Source: Chlorobiaceae bacterium (GTDB taxonomy: Bacteria > Bacteroidota > Chlorobiia > Chlorobiales > Chlorobiaceae). Taken from it: 64,000 nt of DNA. Shown here one piece after another: positions 20,115-28,348 of the stretch. The notes beneath the pieces are model-generated. The model did not search any database, was not told the DNA's origin, and worked only from the letters and a program-made list of their open reading frames with translations. The position numbers and the translations under genes were made by a program. The stretch spans positions 40,019 to 104,018 of the forward strand of contig JABDHL010000026.1 in NCBI GenBank assembly GCA_012972825.1, given 5' to 3'. The stretch's first letter is position 1. Each line of letters starts with the position of its first letter.

Positions 20115-20825
20115 TCAGGATTTTTTTCGAACATAGTTCAGCACGGCCTTAAGCAGTGAGGAACTCTGGATGACCTGAATATAGGCCTCTTCCTGGGTCA
20201 TATTCCTGTTTTCTTTCCTCATTTTTATCCCAAGTCTGCGGGCAGTGTTGGCAACTTTTGCAATTTCACGGGCAAGATCGGATTCGTTCTCAATGGTGAT
20301 TTCACTCATGTTCCGCTGAATATAACCAATGCTGTTTCTGACACTGCCTTCAATTATACCGTCATTGACAGCGTGACGTTTTTTGTTGAAATCGTCATAC
20401 TCTGTGTTATGCAGAGGCATCGACAGATCACCGATGTAATGCGCACAGAAAACCAGTGGATATTCAGCATATTTGCCGGAAGCACTCTCTTCTTTATACG
20501 CTCTCACCGCACCAATAATGGCTCCGTAGAGATGCCCCTCTGCATCGCCGGTTTTATTGTACCGGGCTGCCTGTTCAAGAACCATAGCTTCATCAACTTC
20601 TTTCTGCGCATTGTTGTTATAGTAGTGGTTCTTTTCTTCTGCAGGCCTGAATTCACTTTTCGACTTGGCGACATCAGGGGCCGCAGCACTGTACCAAAGC
20701 TCAAAACCAGCTGCCTCGGCAATAGACAAATGGGTCTTGTCGTGCCAGGCGTAGGCCTGTACTGACGACAGCATCAAGGAAAACATCATGGAGAGAAAAG
20801 CAACTCCCCTGGATAGGGTGTACAT
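20115..20825 (-). CDS. secreted zinc-dependent phospholipase C / S1-P1 nuclease superfamily-like protein
   Basis: The signal peptide ends VQAYA|WHDKTH, so predicted cleavage leaves an N-terminal Trp, as in PLC/P1 zinc enzymes. The motif HYIGDLSMPLHN is of the H..D...P.H type. Confidence 0.45.
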   Translation of the reverse strand: MYTLSRGVAFLSMMFSLMLSSVQAYAWHDKTHLSIAEAAGFELWYSAAAPDVAKSKSEFRPAEEKNHYYNNNAQKEVDEAMVLEQAARYNKTGDAEGHLYGAIIGAVRAYKEESASGKYAEYPLVFCAHYIGDLSMPLHNTEYDDFNKKRHAVNDGIIEGSVRNSIGYIQRNMSEITIENESDLAREIAKVANTARRLGIKMRKENRNMTQEEAYIQVIQSSSLLKAVLNYVRKKS

Positions 20826-20853
20826 GAATGCCTCTTACGTTTTAGCGATTTGG

Positions 20854-21834
20854 TTAGACGCCCGATGGCGCTGGTGTCATTTCAAGCATTTTTCTGATGG
20901 AGCCCAGGGATGCAAGACGAAGAGTTTCGTCGATGACAATCTCGGGCTTGCGGTTCAGCATGCACTGATAGAGCTTTTCAAGGGTATTCTGCTTCATCTG
21001 CGTGCAGACACTGAATGGATTGTCAGGATCCTTGGGTGCAGGGATGAAAGTTTTTTGCGGAGAACGCTTCTGCATTTCATATAGAATACCGGGCTCTGTG
21101 GCCACAATAAACTGTTCTGCAGAACTTGAAACGGTATAGTCCAGAAGGGCCTTCGTTGAACCTGTAAAAGCAGCATGACGAAGAACCTCCTCCCGGCATT
21201 CGGGATGGGCTATTAGTTCAGCATCCGGGTGCTCATGACATGCCTTAAGAATATAATTTTCGGAAAACGCATCATGAACATAGCAATACCCCTGCCAGAG
21301 AATCATCTCCCTCTGGAGTTTCCTTGAAATATAGCCGCCAAGGTTTCTGTCGGGACCAAAAATAATCTGCTTTTCTGCGGGAATCTGACGGATGATCTGT
21401 TCGGCATTGGACGATGTGCAGGTTATATCGGAAAGTGCTTTGATATCGGCCGTAGAGTTGATATAGGTAATGACAATGGCTTCCGGATAGTGCTCTTTGA
21501 ATTTTTTGAACTCTTCAGCCGGGCAACTGTCGGCAAGAGGACACCCTGCATAGGCATCAGGCATCAGAACAAGCTTTCCGGGATTAAGGATTTTCGCGGT
21601 TTCAGCCATAAAATAGACCCCGGCAAAAACAATCACATCAGCATCATTTTTTTCAGCCGCTCTTGCAAGGGCCAGACTATCGCCGACAATATCAGCGATT
21701 TGCTGTATTTCAGGAACCGTATAGTAGTGAGCAAGAATAAGGGCATTCATCTTTGTTTTAAGGACTCTTATTCGCCCAAAAAGCTCCTCATGAGCAATAT
21801 TTCCGGTCATAATCTGATTAACATTCGGTTGCAA
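20854..21834 (-). CDS. nadA: quinolinate synthase
   Basis: 326 aa. LILAHYY, FMAETAKIL, GCPLADSC and CTSSNA are typical NadA segments. Confidence 0.9.
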   Translation of the reverse strand: MQPNVNQIMTGNIAHEELFGRIRVLKTKMNALILAHYYTVPEIQQIADIVGDSLALARAAEKNDADVIVFAGVYFMAETAKILNPGKLVLMPDAYAGCPLADSCPAEEFKKFKEHYPEAIVITYINSTADIKALSDITCTSSNAEQIIRQIPAEKQIIFGPDRNLGGYISRKLQREMILWQGYCYVHDAFSENYILKACHEHPDAELIAHPECREEVLRHAAFTGSTKALLDYTVSSSAEQFIVATEPGILYEMQKRSPQKTFIPAPKDPDNPFSVCTQMKQNTLEKLYQCMLNRKPEIVIDETLRLASLGSIRKMLEMTPAPSGV

Positions 21835-21872
21835 ACAAAGGAGTGCGGGATTGCGGAAATCATTGACCTGGA

Positions 21873-22262
21873 TTACTTCAAATAGTAGTCGAGATCGTCA
21901 TCTTCCCTGATCAAAAGCAGTATAGCTGAATTCGGGACAATGATATATCTCTCCCCTTCATACTCAATCTCATAGGAACTGTTCTGGATAAAAATAGCCA
22001 TATCACCGACTTGCGCCTGCAATGGGATATACTGAGCGGTGGTAACGCGTTCTTTCCAGGGTTCGTCCGACTCAGGGGGTGGACCAATAGGGTAGCCCGG
22101 CCCGGTTTTTATAACATAACCACTCTGGATTTTCTCTTTTTCCTGAACACCTGGAGGGAGGTAAATTCCGGATTTTGTTCTTTCGTCAAGAGATTTTGGT
22201 TTGATTAATACTCTATCACCGACAACAACAAATTTATCTGTTATATTTATATTATGAGTCAT
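21873..22262 (-). CDS. GroES/Cpn10-like protein with an internal insertion
   Basis: From ATG 22262 the protein reads MTHNINITDKFVVVGDRVLIKPKSLDERTKSGIYLP…. This is a Cpn10-type mobile-loop region followed by an extra Pro-rich segment. About 129 aa. Confidence 0.55.
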   Translation of the reverse strand: MTHNINITDKFVVVGDRVLIKPKSLDERTKSGIYLPPGVQEKEKIQSGYVIKTGPGYPIGPPPESDEPWKERVTTAQYIPLQAQVGDMAIFIQNSSYEIEYEGERYIIVPNSAILLLIREDDDLDYYLK

Positions 22263-22506
22263 GTATTTTCTCTTGACCTGTTGACCATACGTAACTTGCA
22301 TTTTATGAAGAAAAGGTAACAAAAATTATGTATCGGGCAAATCCGGAGAGCTGAGACATGCAATAACAACAGGGGCAACTCCAGCAGGAACACCAAAATA
22401 ACTGAAAGAACATTCACAACGTGATACAGTATACCTATCCGGTTTCATGAGCAAGCACTCATGGCTGGAAACGGCTGGTCACTTCTTAAAAATCGGAACC
22501 TGAAAC

Positions 22507-23349
22507 GTGCAGAAGTTTTTCACTCTTTTTGTCAGGTATAACAATTATCTGCTTTTTGTTGTTTACTGCGGTATTTCATTTCTTTTTATAAAGTTTCAGG
22601 ATAAGGACCTGCTCACCAGACTGCGTACTAACGGAATTGAGTTCAGCGCCTTCATTACCGACAAAATGATGAGCTATAGTTATGTGCTTCATCTGAGAGA
22701 AGAAAATGATCGGCTGATGCGCATCAACACTAATCTTCTTTCAAGGGTGCTGAACATTGAAACTGCAGCTTTGGATAACCGAAACCGCAAGAAAATTCTT
22801 GCCGATACCACATTAAACGCTTCAAAGTTTATTATGGCAAGGGTGGTGAACCGTAAATTCAGTGATCGGGAGAACATGCTGCTTATCAATGCGGGAAGAA
22901 TGAATGGAATTAAAAAAGACATGACCGTTTTGACACCAGAGGGACTTGTTGGAAGAGTAACAACTGTTTCCGAGCATTTTGCAAAGGTGATGCCGGTCAT
23001 CAACACAGACTTCAAGGTCAGCGTGGTGTCTGACAAAAGCAACAGCATGGGTCTTCTCAGCTGGAACGGCGGCAGGGAGTTCATCGCCCAAATTGAAAAC
23101 ATCCCCATAAGCAGCAGTCTCAAGATACATGAACAGTTCCTCACTTCAGACTTCAGTACATTTTCGATCCGCGGCATTCCTGTGGGTAAAGTGGTAAGCA
23201 TAAAACCCGATAAACTTTTTTTGACAGTGGAAATAAGGCTTGCCGTTGATTTTTCGTCATTGACCTATGTACTGATTGCGCCACTGAAAAGTCAACCCGA
23301 AAAAACAGAGATGATCGGAGAGAATGCCTCAGGTGAAACATTTCCTTAA
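22507..23349 (+). CDS. mreC: rod shape-determining protein MreC
   Basis: 280 aa with a GTG start, an N-terminal TM segment, a coiled region and MreC beta-domain segments (GLVGRVTTVSEHFAKVMPV). It is followed by mreD and PBP2. Confidence 0.8.
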   Translation: MQKFFTLFVRYNNYLLFVVYCGISFLFIKFQDKDLLTRLRTNGIEFSAFITDKMMSYSYVLHLREENDRLMRINTNLLSRVLNIETAALDNRNRKKILADTTLNASKFIMARVVNRKFSDRENMLLINAGRMNGIKKDMTVLTPEGLVGRVTTVSEHFAKVMPVINTDFKVSVVSDKSNSMGLLSWNGGREFIAQIENIPISSSLKIHEQFLTSDFSTFSIRGIPVGKVVSIKPDKLFLTVEIRLAVDFSSLTYVLIAPLKSQPEKTEMIGENASGETFP

Positions 23350-23365
23350 TTTCAGACATTGAGTT

Positions 23366-23857
23366 GTGACCAAAAAATATCCTCTTTATATCGGCATCCT
23401 TGTTATTGTCGCACTGGTGCAGGAACTCGGGTTATCCCACCTTACCCTTTATAACGTATCCCCCGATATTGTCACCATTTTTCTTGCTTTCATTTCAATA
23501 ACCATTGGCCAAAAAGCCGGCACGAGTTTCGGGTTCGCTGCCGGTTTGCTTACTGGCATTCTTTCGGGAAACATGGGTCTGAATATGCTTGCAAGAACAA
23601 TTGAAGGTTTTATTGCAGGTTTTTTCAATATCCCGGAAGACAGCCATGCGACCGCTAAACAAATAACAAAACGCATCTATGGAGCCATCGTGACGGCTGG
23701 TTTTTGTGCCAATGCAGTCATGGTCGCAGGATACAACCCTCTCGCACTTTCTCCAGCTTACCGAATATTTGTTCTTGGATTCCTTGAATCTTTATTCACC
23801 CTCATCCTTGCCGTTATCTTAAACCGGTTATTTTTGAGAAAATCATTTGCAGGCTGA
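23366..23857 (+). CDS. mreD: rod shape-determining protein MreD
   Basis: 163-aa polytopic membrane protein lying between mreC and mrdA. Confidence 0.7.
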   Translation: MTKKYPLYIGILVIVALVQELGLSHLTLYNVSPDIVTIFLAFISITIGQKAGTSFGFAAGLLTGILSGNMGLNMLARTIEGFIAGFFNIPEDSHATAKQITKRIYGAIVTAGFCANAVMVAGYNPLALSPAYRIFVLGFLESLFTLILAVILNRLFLRKSFAG

Positions 23858-23860
23858 ACA

Positions 23861-25795
23861 ATGGATCAACTTCAGCGAAGCATCGGGGTCGTATCGCTTT
23901 TTGTAATAATTGTTTTTTCCGTTCTGTTCGGTCGGCTTTTTTATCTTCAGGTCCTTAATTTTCAGGAGCTCGGATCGATTTCAACCTCTAACAGCATTCG
24001 CCGAATCCGTACTCAGCCACCAAGGGGGCGGATGATTGACAAAAACGGGCTTATCGTGGTCGACAATCAGGCGCTCTATACAGTCAAGGTCATTCCTTCT
24101 GAATTCGGAAAAGCCAAAACAAATTTACTCGCATGGCTTTTGGAAATAGACAAAAGCGAACTGACCGAAAAAATCAATAAAGCTTCTGAACTTAACCGAT
24201 TTTCTGCAATAACCGTCAGCCGCAATCTGAACGCTATACGGATAGCTCGGCTGAGCGAAAATCTCTGGCAGCTTCCCGGCGTAATTATTGATACTGACAA
24301 CAAGCGAAAGTATCCTGATTCCTTTCACGGAGCCCATATTTTCGGTTATACACGTCCCATATCAAAAGAACAGATTGAGGAACTGGACGATGAAAGTTAT
24401 GCGCCGGATGACAAGATCGGATTCAGCGGACTCGAAAAGTATTATGAAGAGTGGCTGAGAGGTGAAAAAGGAGCTCGTTTTGAAATGATTACTCCTTTGG
24501 GAAAATCTGCAGGAAAATACAATAACGGAAAAAATGATATTCCATCCGTAATGGGCGATGATCTTTACCTCGCTCTTGACGGAGGCCTCCAGGAGCTTGC
24601 CGAACAACTCCTGACAAAAACCGGAAAATCGGGTGCTGTTGTAGCGATGGACCCCTCTACCGGTGGAATCCTTGCCCTTGCCAGTGCTCCTGACTACGAT
24701 CTTGATACGTTCAACGGCTCTACCGACCGTAAAGGATGGAACGATATTATTACCTCTCCTCAGAAGCCGCTGTTTAACCGAACAATTCAGGCAGTCTATC
24801 CTCCAGGATCCGTCTATAAGATGATTCTTGCCATGGCTGCGCTTGAAGAAAAAAAAATCGATCCTCAAAAGAAAATACTTGACACAGGGGTCTTCAGGTT
24901 TGGCAATAGACGATTTCTCAGTAATGAAGGCAAAGGGCACGGATGGGTCGATATGAGAAATGCCATTACCGTTTCATCGAATGTTTATTTTTATAATCTG
25001 ATTTTTAATGTCGGATTTGAAAATTGGACAAAATATGGGAGCATGTTCGGTTTCGGAGAAAAATCCGGCATTGACCTCCCCGGAGAGAGGTCAGGCCTTC
25101 TGCCATCTGCAACATATTACGATAAACGGTACGGGAAAAACAAGTGGACAAAAGGATATATGGTCAGCCTAGCCATTGGCCAGGGGGAACTTGGTACGAC
25201 ACCGGTGCAGCTTGCCGCCTACGCTGCAGCTATCGCAAACAACGGAACACTCTATCAGCCTCATATCCTCAAGGGATATCGGGATTCAGAAACCGGTCAA
25301 TATTTTCCCTTTCCCTTTGCAAAAAAACAGCTGCCAATTTCAGCGTCAACCTTCAGTCTGATTAAGGACGGCATGACTGGTGTTGTGCAGCGGGGTACAG
25401 GAACGCTGGCGAAAGTCCCCGGTATCACCATTGCAGGGAAAACCGGAACTGCACAAAATCCCCATGGCAAGGATCATGCATGGTTTATCGCTTTTGCCCC
25501 TGTTGAAAATCCGAAAATCGCTTTGGCGGTACTTGTCGAAAATGCCGGTTTCGGCGGTTCCATTTCTGCCCCGATTGCCCGTGAGCTGATAAAGTATTAT
25601 TTACAGGGAAGGGTAATGCCCGGTGCATCTCCTCAAAAAGGGATTAAAGCCTCCAATACGCCATTACCGACACCCGAGAGTACGGATAACGATCTGCCGG
25701 TGATTGAGCCTGAACAACCGCTGAATACCACAGTACCTGCATCAGGGGCAACTCTTGAGAATAAAAGCGGAAAGCAGCAGAACAATGATTTATAA
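23861..25795 (+). CDS. mrdA: penicillin-binding protein 2 (elongasome transpeptidase)
   Basis: 644 aa. SxxK (PGSVYKM), SxN (VSSNVYF) and KTG (GKTGTAQ) motifs, with an N-terminal TM anchor. Confidence 0.9.
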   Translation: MDQLQRSIGVVSLFVIIVFSVLFGRLFYLQVLNFQELGSISTSNSIRRIRTQPPRGRMIDKNGLIVVDNQALYTVKVIPSEFGKAKTNLLAWLLEIDKSELTEKINKASELNRFSAITVSRNLNAIRIARLSENLWQLPGVIIDTDNKRKYPDSFHGAHIFGYTRPISKEQIEELDDESYAPDDKIGFSGLEKYYEEWLRGEKGARFEMITPLGKSAGKYNNGKNDIPSVMGDDLYLALDGGLQELAEQLLTKTGKSGAVVAMDPSTGGILALASAPDYDLDTFNGSTDRKGWNDIITSPQKPLFNRTIQAVYPPGSVYKMILAMAALEEKKIDPQKKILDTGVFRFGNRRFLSNEGKGHGWVDMRNAITVSSNVYFYNLIFNVGFENWTKYGSMFGFGEKSGIDLPGERSGLLPSATYYDKRYGKNKWTKGYMVSLAIGQGELGTTPVQLAAYAAAIANNGTLYQPHILKGYRDSETGQYFPFPFAKKQLPISASTFSLIKDGMTGVVQRGTGTLAKVPGITIAGKTGTAQNPHGKDHAWFIAFAPVENPKIALAVLVENAGFGGSISAPIARELIKYYLQGRVMPGASPQKGIKASNTPLPTPESTDNDLPVIEPEQPLNTTVPASGATLENKSGKQQNNDL

Positions 25796-27266
25796 GCATG
25801 ACCCAGCATCCATCCTGGGATTCCTTGAGGATACAAGTAATCTAAAAACGGGGCATACTCCGGGAGTGTTTTTTCCGGAAACAATCGATGAACTTTCCGA
25901 TCTGCTTAAAAGCGCGCCGAAAGAACACCGCCGTTTCACCATTGCCGGAAACGGAACAGGGACAACCGGCGGCAGAATCCCTCTGGGTGACTATGTCATT
26001 TCCATGCAGAAGCTCGACAGGATCGGAGAGCTGGTTGAACTCTCCTCTGACAAGGCCTTTATTACCGTTCAGGGCGGTGCGCTCCTTGATGATATCCAGA
26101 AAAAAGTCGAACAGAACGGCTGGTTGTATCCGCCGGATCCAACTGAAAAGCTCTGTTTCATCGGCAGCACCATCGCGAACAACTCTTCAGGAGCACGATC
26201 CTTCAAATACGGATCAACAAGAAAACATATTGCAAGAATTCTTCTTGTCCTCCCCCAGGGCGATCGGCTTGACCTTACACGCGGGGCATGTCTGGCGGAT
26301 GAACACGGAATGTTTCACCTAAGCCTGCCTCTAGCAGGTTCTCTTGCATTCCAGAGGCCGCAATACCGAATGCCTGATACATCGAAGCATAATGCAGGGT
26401 TCTTTTCAGAGGAGAGCATGGATCTCATCGACCTCTTTATCGGCTCTGAAGGCACACTCGGTATTATTGTTGAGGCTGACCTCATGCTTATTCCCCTGCC
26501 GGCGGCAGTCATCTCCTGCGTTGTCTACTTCAGAAACTTCGATGATCTCTTCAAATTTGTCAGCCTGCTGAAAAATCCCCAAAACCATGTCATGCCAAGG
26601 GCAATAGAGTTTTTTGATCAACATTCACTCGGGTTTTTAGCTACAAAATATTCTGAAGTGCCTTCCGACAGCTGCGGAGCGGTTTTATTAGAGCAGGAAA
26701 CTACACCTGCAACAGAAGAAAACGACCTTGACGCCCTATTTGAACGAATGGAGTCCTGCAACGCCATGACCGACGAATCATGGATAGCACTTGACCGTGA
26801 TGAACAGGCACGATTACGTGAGTTCCGCCATGCATTACCTCTCATTGTCAACGACTGGCTCAGCAGGCAACAAGAGAGTAAAATCAGCACTGACATGGCT
26901 GTACCGGATGGAGCGTTCCGTGAGCTTTTCGATTTCTATCGCAATTCCTGCGAAGAACACGGATTTGTCTATATTATTTTTGGCCATATCGGCAATGCCC
27001 ACGTACACCTGAACATCCTCCCCCGCACCAGAGAAGAGTTTTTAAAAGGCAAATCCCTCTACAGGGAATTTATCGCTAAAGCTCTTTCACTTGGCGGAAC
27101 ACTCTCCGCCGAACACGGCATAGGAAAGCTTAAGTCGGAATACCTTGTCGAAATGTACCATGAACACGGCATACAGGAAATGGTACGGATAAAAAAATGC
27201 CTGGATCCATTTCTGATCCTCAACATAGGAAATCTTATTCCTGTTGAATATCTGGAAACGGAATAA
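25785..27266 (+). CDS. FAD-linked oxidase (GlcD/D-lactate dehydrogenase-like)
   Basis: I prefer the ATG at 25785 (MIYKHDP…); the track start is 25755. It has an FAD_binding_4-like N-terminal half (GNGTGTTGG) and a C-terminal HGHIGNAHVH… EHGIGKLK. Confidence 0.8.
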   Translation: MIYKHDPASILGFLEDTSNLKTGHTPGVFFPETIDELSDLLKSAPKEHRRFTIAGNGTGTTGGRIPLGDYVISMQKLDRIGELVELSSDKAFITVQGGALLDDIQKKVEQNGWLYPPDPTEKLCFIGSTIANNSSGARSFKYGSTRKHIARILLVLPQGDRLDLTRGACLADEHGMFHLSLPLAGSLAFQRPQYRMPDTSKHNAGFFSEESMDLIDLFIGSEGTLGIIVEADLMLIPLPAAVISCVVYFRNFDDLFKFVSLLKNPQNHVMPRAIEFFDQHSLGFLATKYSEVPSDSCGAVLLEQETTPATEENDLDALFERMESCNAMTDESWIALDRDEQARLREFRHALPLIVNDWLSRQQESKISTDMAVPDGAFRELFDFYRNSCEEHGFVYIIFGHIGNAHVHLNILPRTREEFLKGKSLYREFIAKALSLGGTLSAEHGIGKLKSEYLVEMYHEHGIQEMVRIKKCLDPFLILNIGNLIPVEYLETE

Positions 27267-27321
27267 GAAATTATCCCCTTTCACAGAAGTATTGTTGATA
27301 CGATAATTGAAAAGGAAATCT

Positions 27322-27549
27322 TCAGGAACCTTCGACAAGGCGAGCCACATCATGGCCGCATGTTGCGCACTTTCCTTTCAAGAGCAGGTCACCCTTAATA
27401 ATTGCATCGGAATAATCAACAATCTCAACTGCTTCTCGACAGCGCGAACAGAAAACATTGGAAAGTATCTGCTCTCTGTATTGCATAGGGATCGCTGCCC
27501 AAAATTCATCAGAATCTCGCGTGAATTCAGGGAAATTTAATATGGCCAT
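27322..27549 (-). CDS. hypothetical small zinc-ribbon protein
   Basis: 75 aa with two CxxC pairs (CSRC … CATC). It lies 13 nt downstream of the HTH gene on the same strand. Confidence 0.4.
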   Translation of the reverse strand: MAILNFPEFTRDSDEFWAAIPMQYREQILSNVFCSRCREAVEIVDYSDAIIKGDLLLKGKCATCGHDVARLVEGS

Positions 27550-27562
27550 CGTGAGTGTTTTT

Positions 27563-28021
27563 TTAAAAGATCAGCAACCTATCAGCCAAAAACAAAAATA
27601 GAACAGAATCCACCAAACACTGCGTCACAATCTTATTTATTTCAGTCGAGAGTTGTCCACTAACGCTATTCAACCACCTCCCATAATCCAACCAGACAGG
27701 AAAATTGCGTGTACCATTTTTGTATGGCCGCTGATGCGCTAAAGCCCTGCTGACTGCTTCAGGTTCATGGGCAATGACGGTTAAAAGAATCCGTGCTGCC
27801 CTATCAGGTTGACGGCGTTTTTGTTCCCAATCTTGTACCGCCCGAACATCAAAGCCAAACCGCGAAGAAAATTCAGGTTGCGTCAACCCCAAACTTTTGC
27901 GGATAGACTTAACGTCAATTTCCTCTGGAACATGAACAGTAAAGCCGTCACTCGATTCGCCACGTGCATAGGCCAGCGCCTGGTTTGCGGACTTGATAAG
28001 TTTACTTCCTGCTTTGGACAT
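27563..28021 (-). CDS. XRE-type helix-turn-helix protein (COG2944/HigA2-like antitoxin core) with a hydrophobic C-terminal extension
   Basis: The core [44 protein letters not shown] is typical of this antitoxin class. An extra ~50 aa ends [13 protein letters not shown]. Confidence 0.6.
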   Translation of the reverse strand: MSKAGSKLIKSANQALAYARGESSDGFTVHVPEEIDVKSIRKSLGLTQPEFSSRFGFDVRAVQDWEQKRRQPDRAARILLTVIAHEPEAVSRALAHQRPYKNGTRNFPVWLDYGRWLNSVSGQLSTEINKIVTQCLVDSVLFLFLADRLLIF

Positions 28022-28348
28022 AGTTTTTAACTATTCACGAGATAATCCGGCGTTTCTATAACAATACGCTCAGAGCCTGCAGGGCAGTACCAAGTTGTCA
28101 GTGCAAAGGGAGTTTGAGTTGGGGGGAGAAGTTGTTGGAGAAGTGTACGTTATGAATAACGTCACCACCCCATAACCCGTATAAGTGATTGAACTTCAGA
28201 AGATTAACCAGATTATAAATGGTTTGAATTTTACGTATTATATGGGTTACAAATCAGAAATCTGCTGTTTTGGCGGAATAGTTTCATGATTATTGTATGG
28301 ACGTTGGTGGCGGGCTTAAGAACATATCACATCTATGTAGAGAAATAC

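Noticed and set aside
28022-28348. Expected HigB2/RelE-type toxin upstream of the HTH antitoxin-like gene.
   Set aside because: Translating all minus-strand frames gives only short interrupted peptides with no toxin motif.
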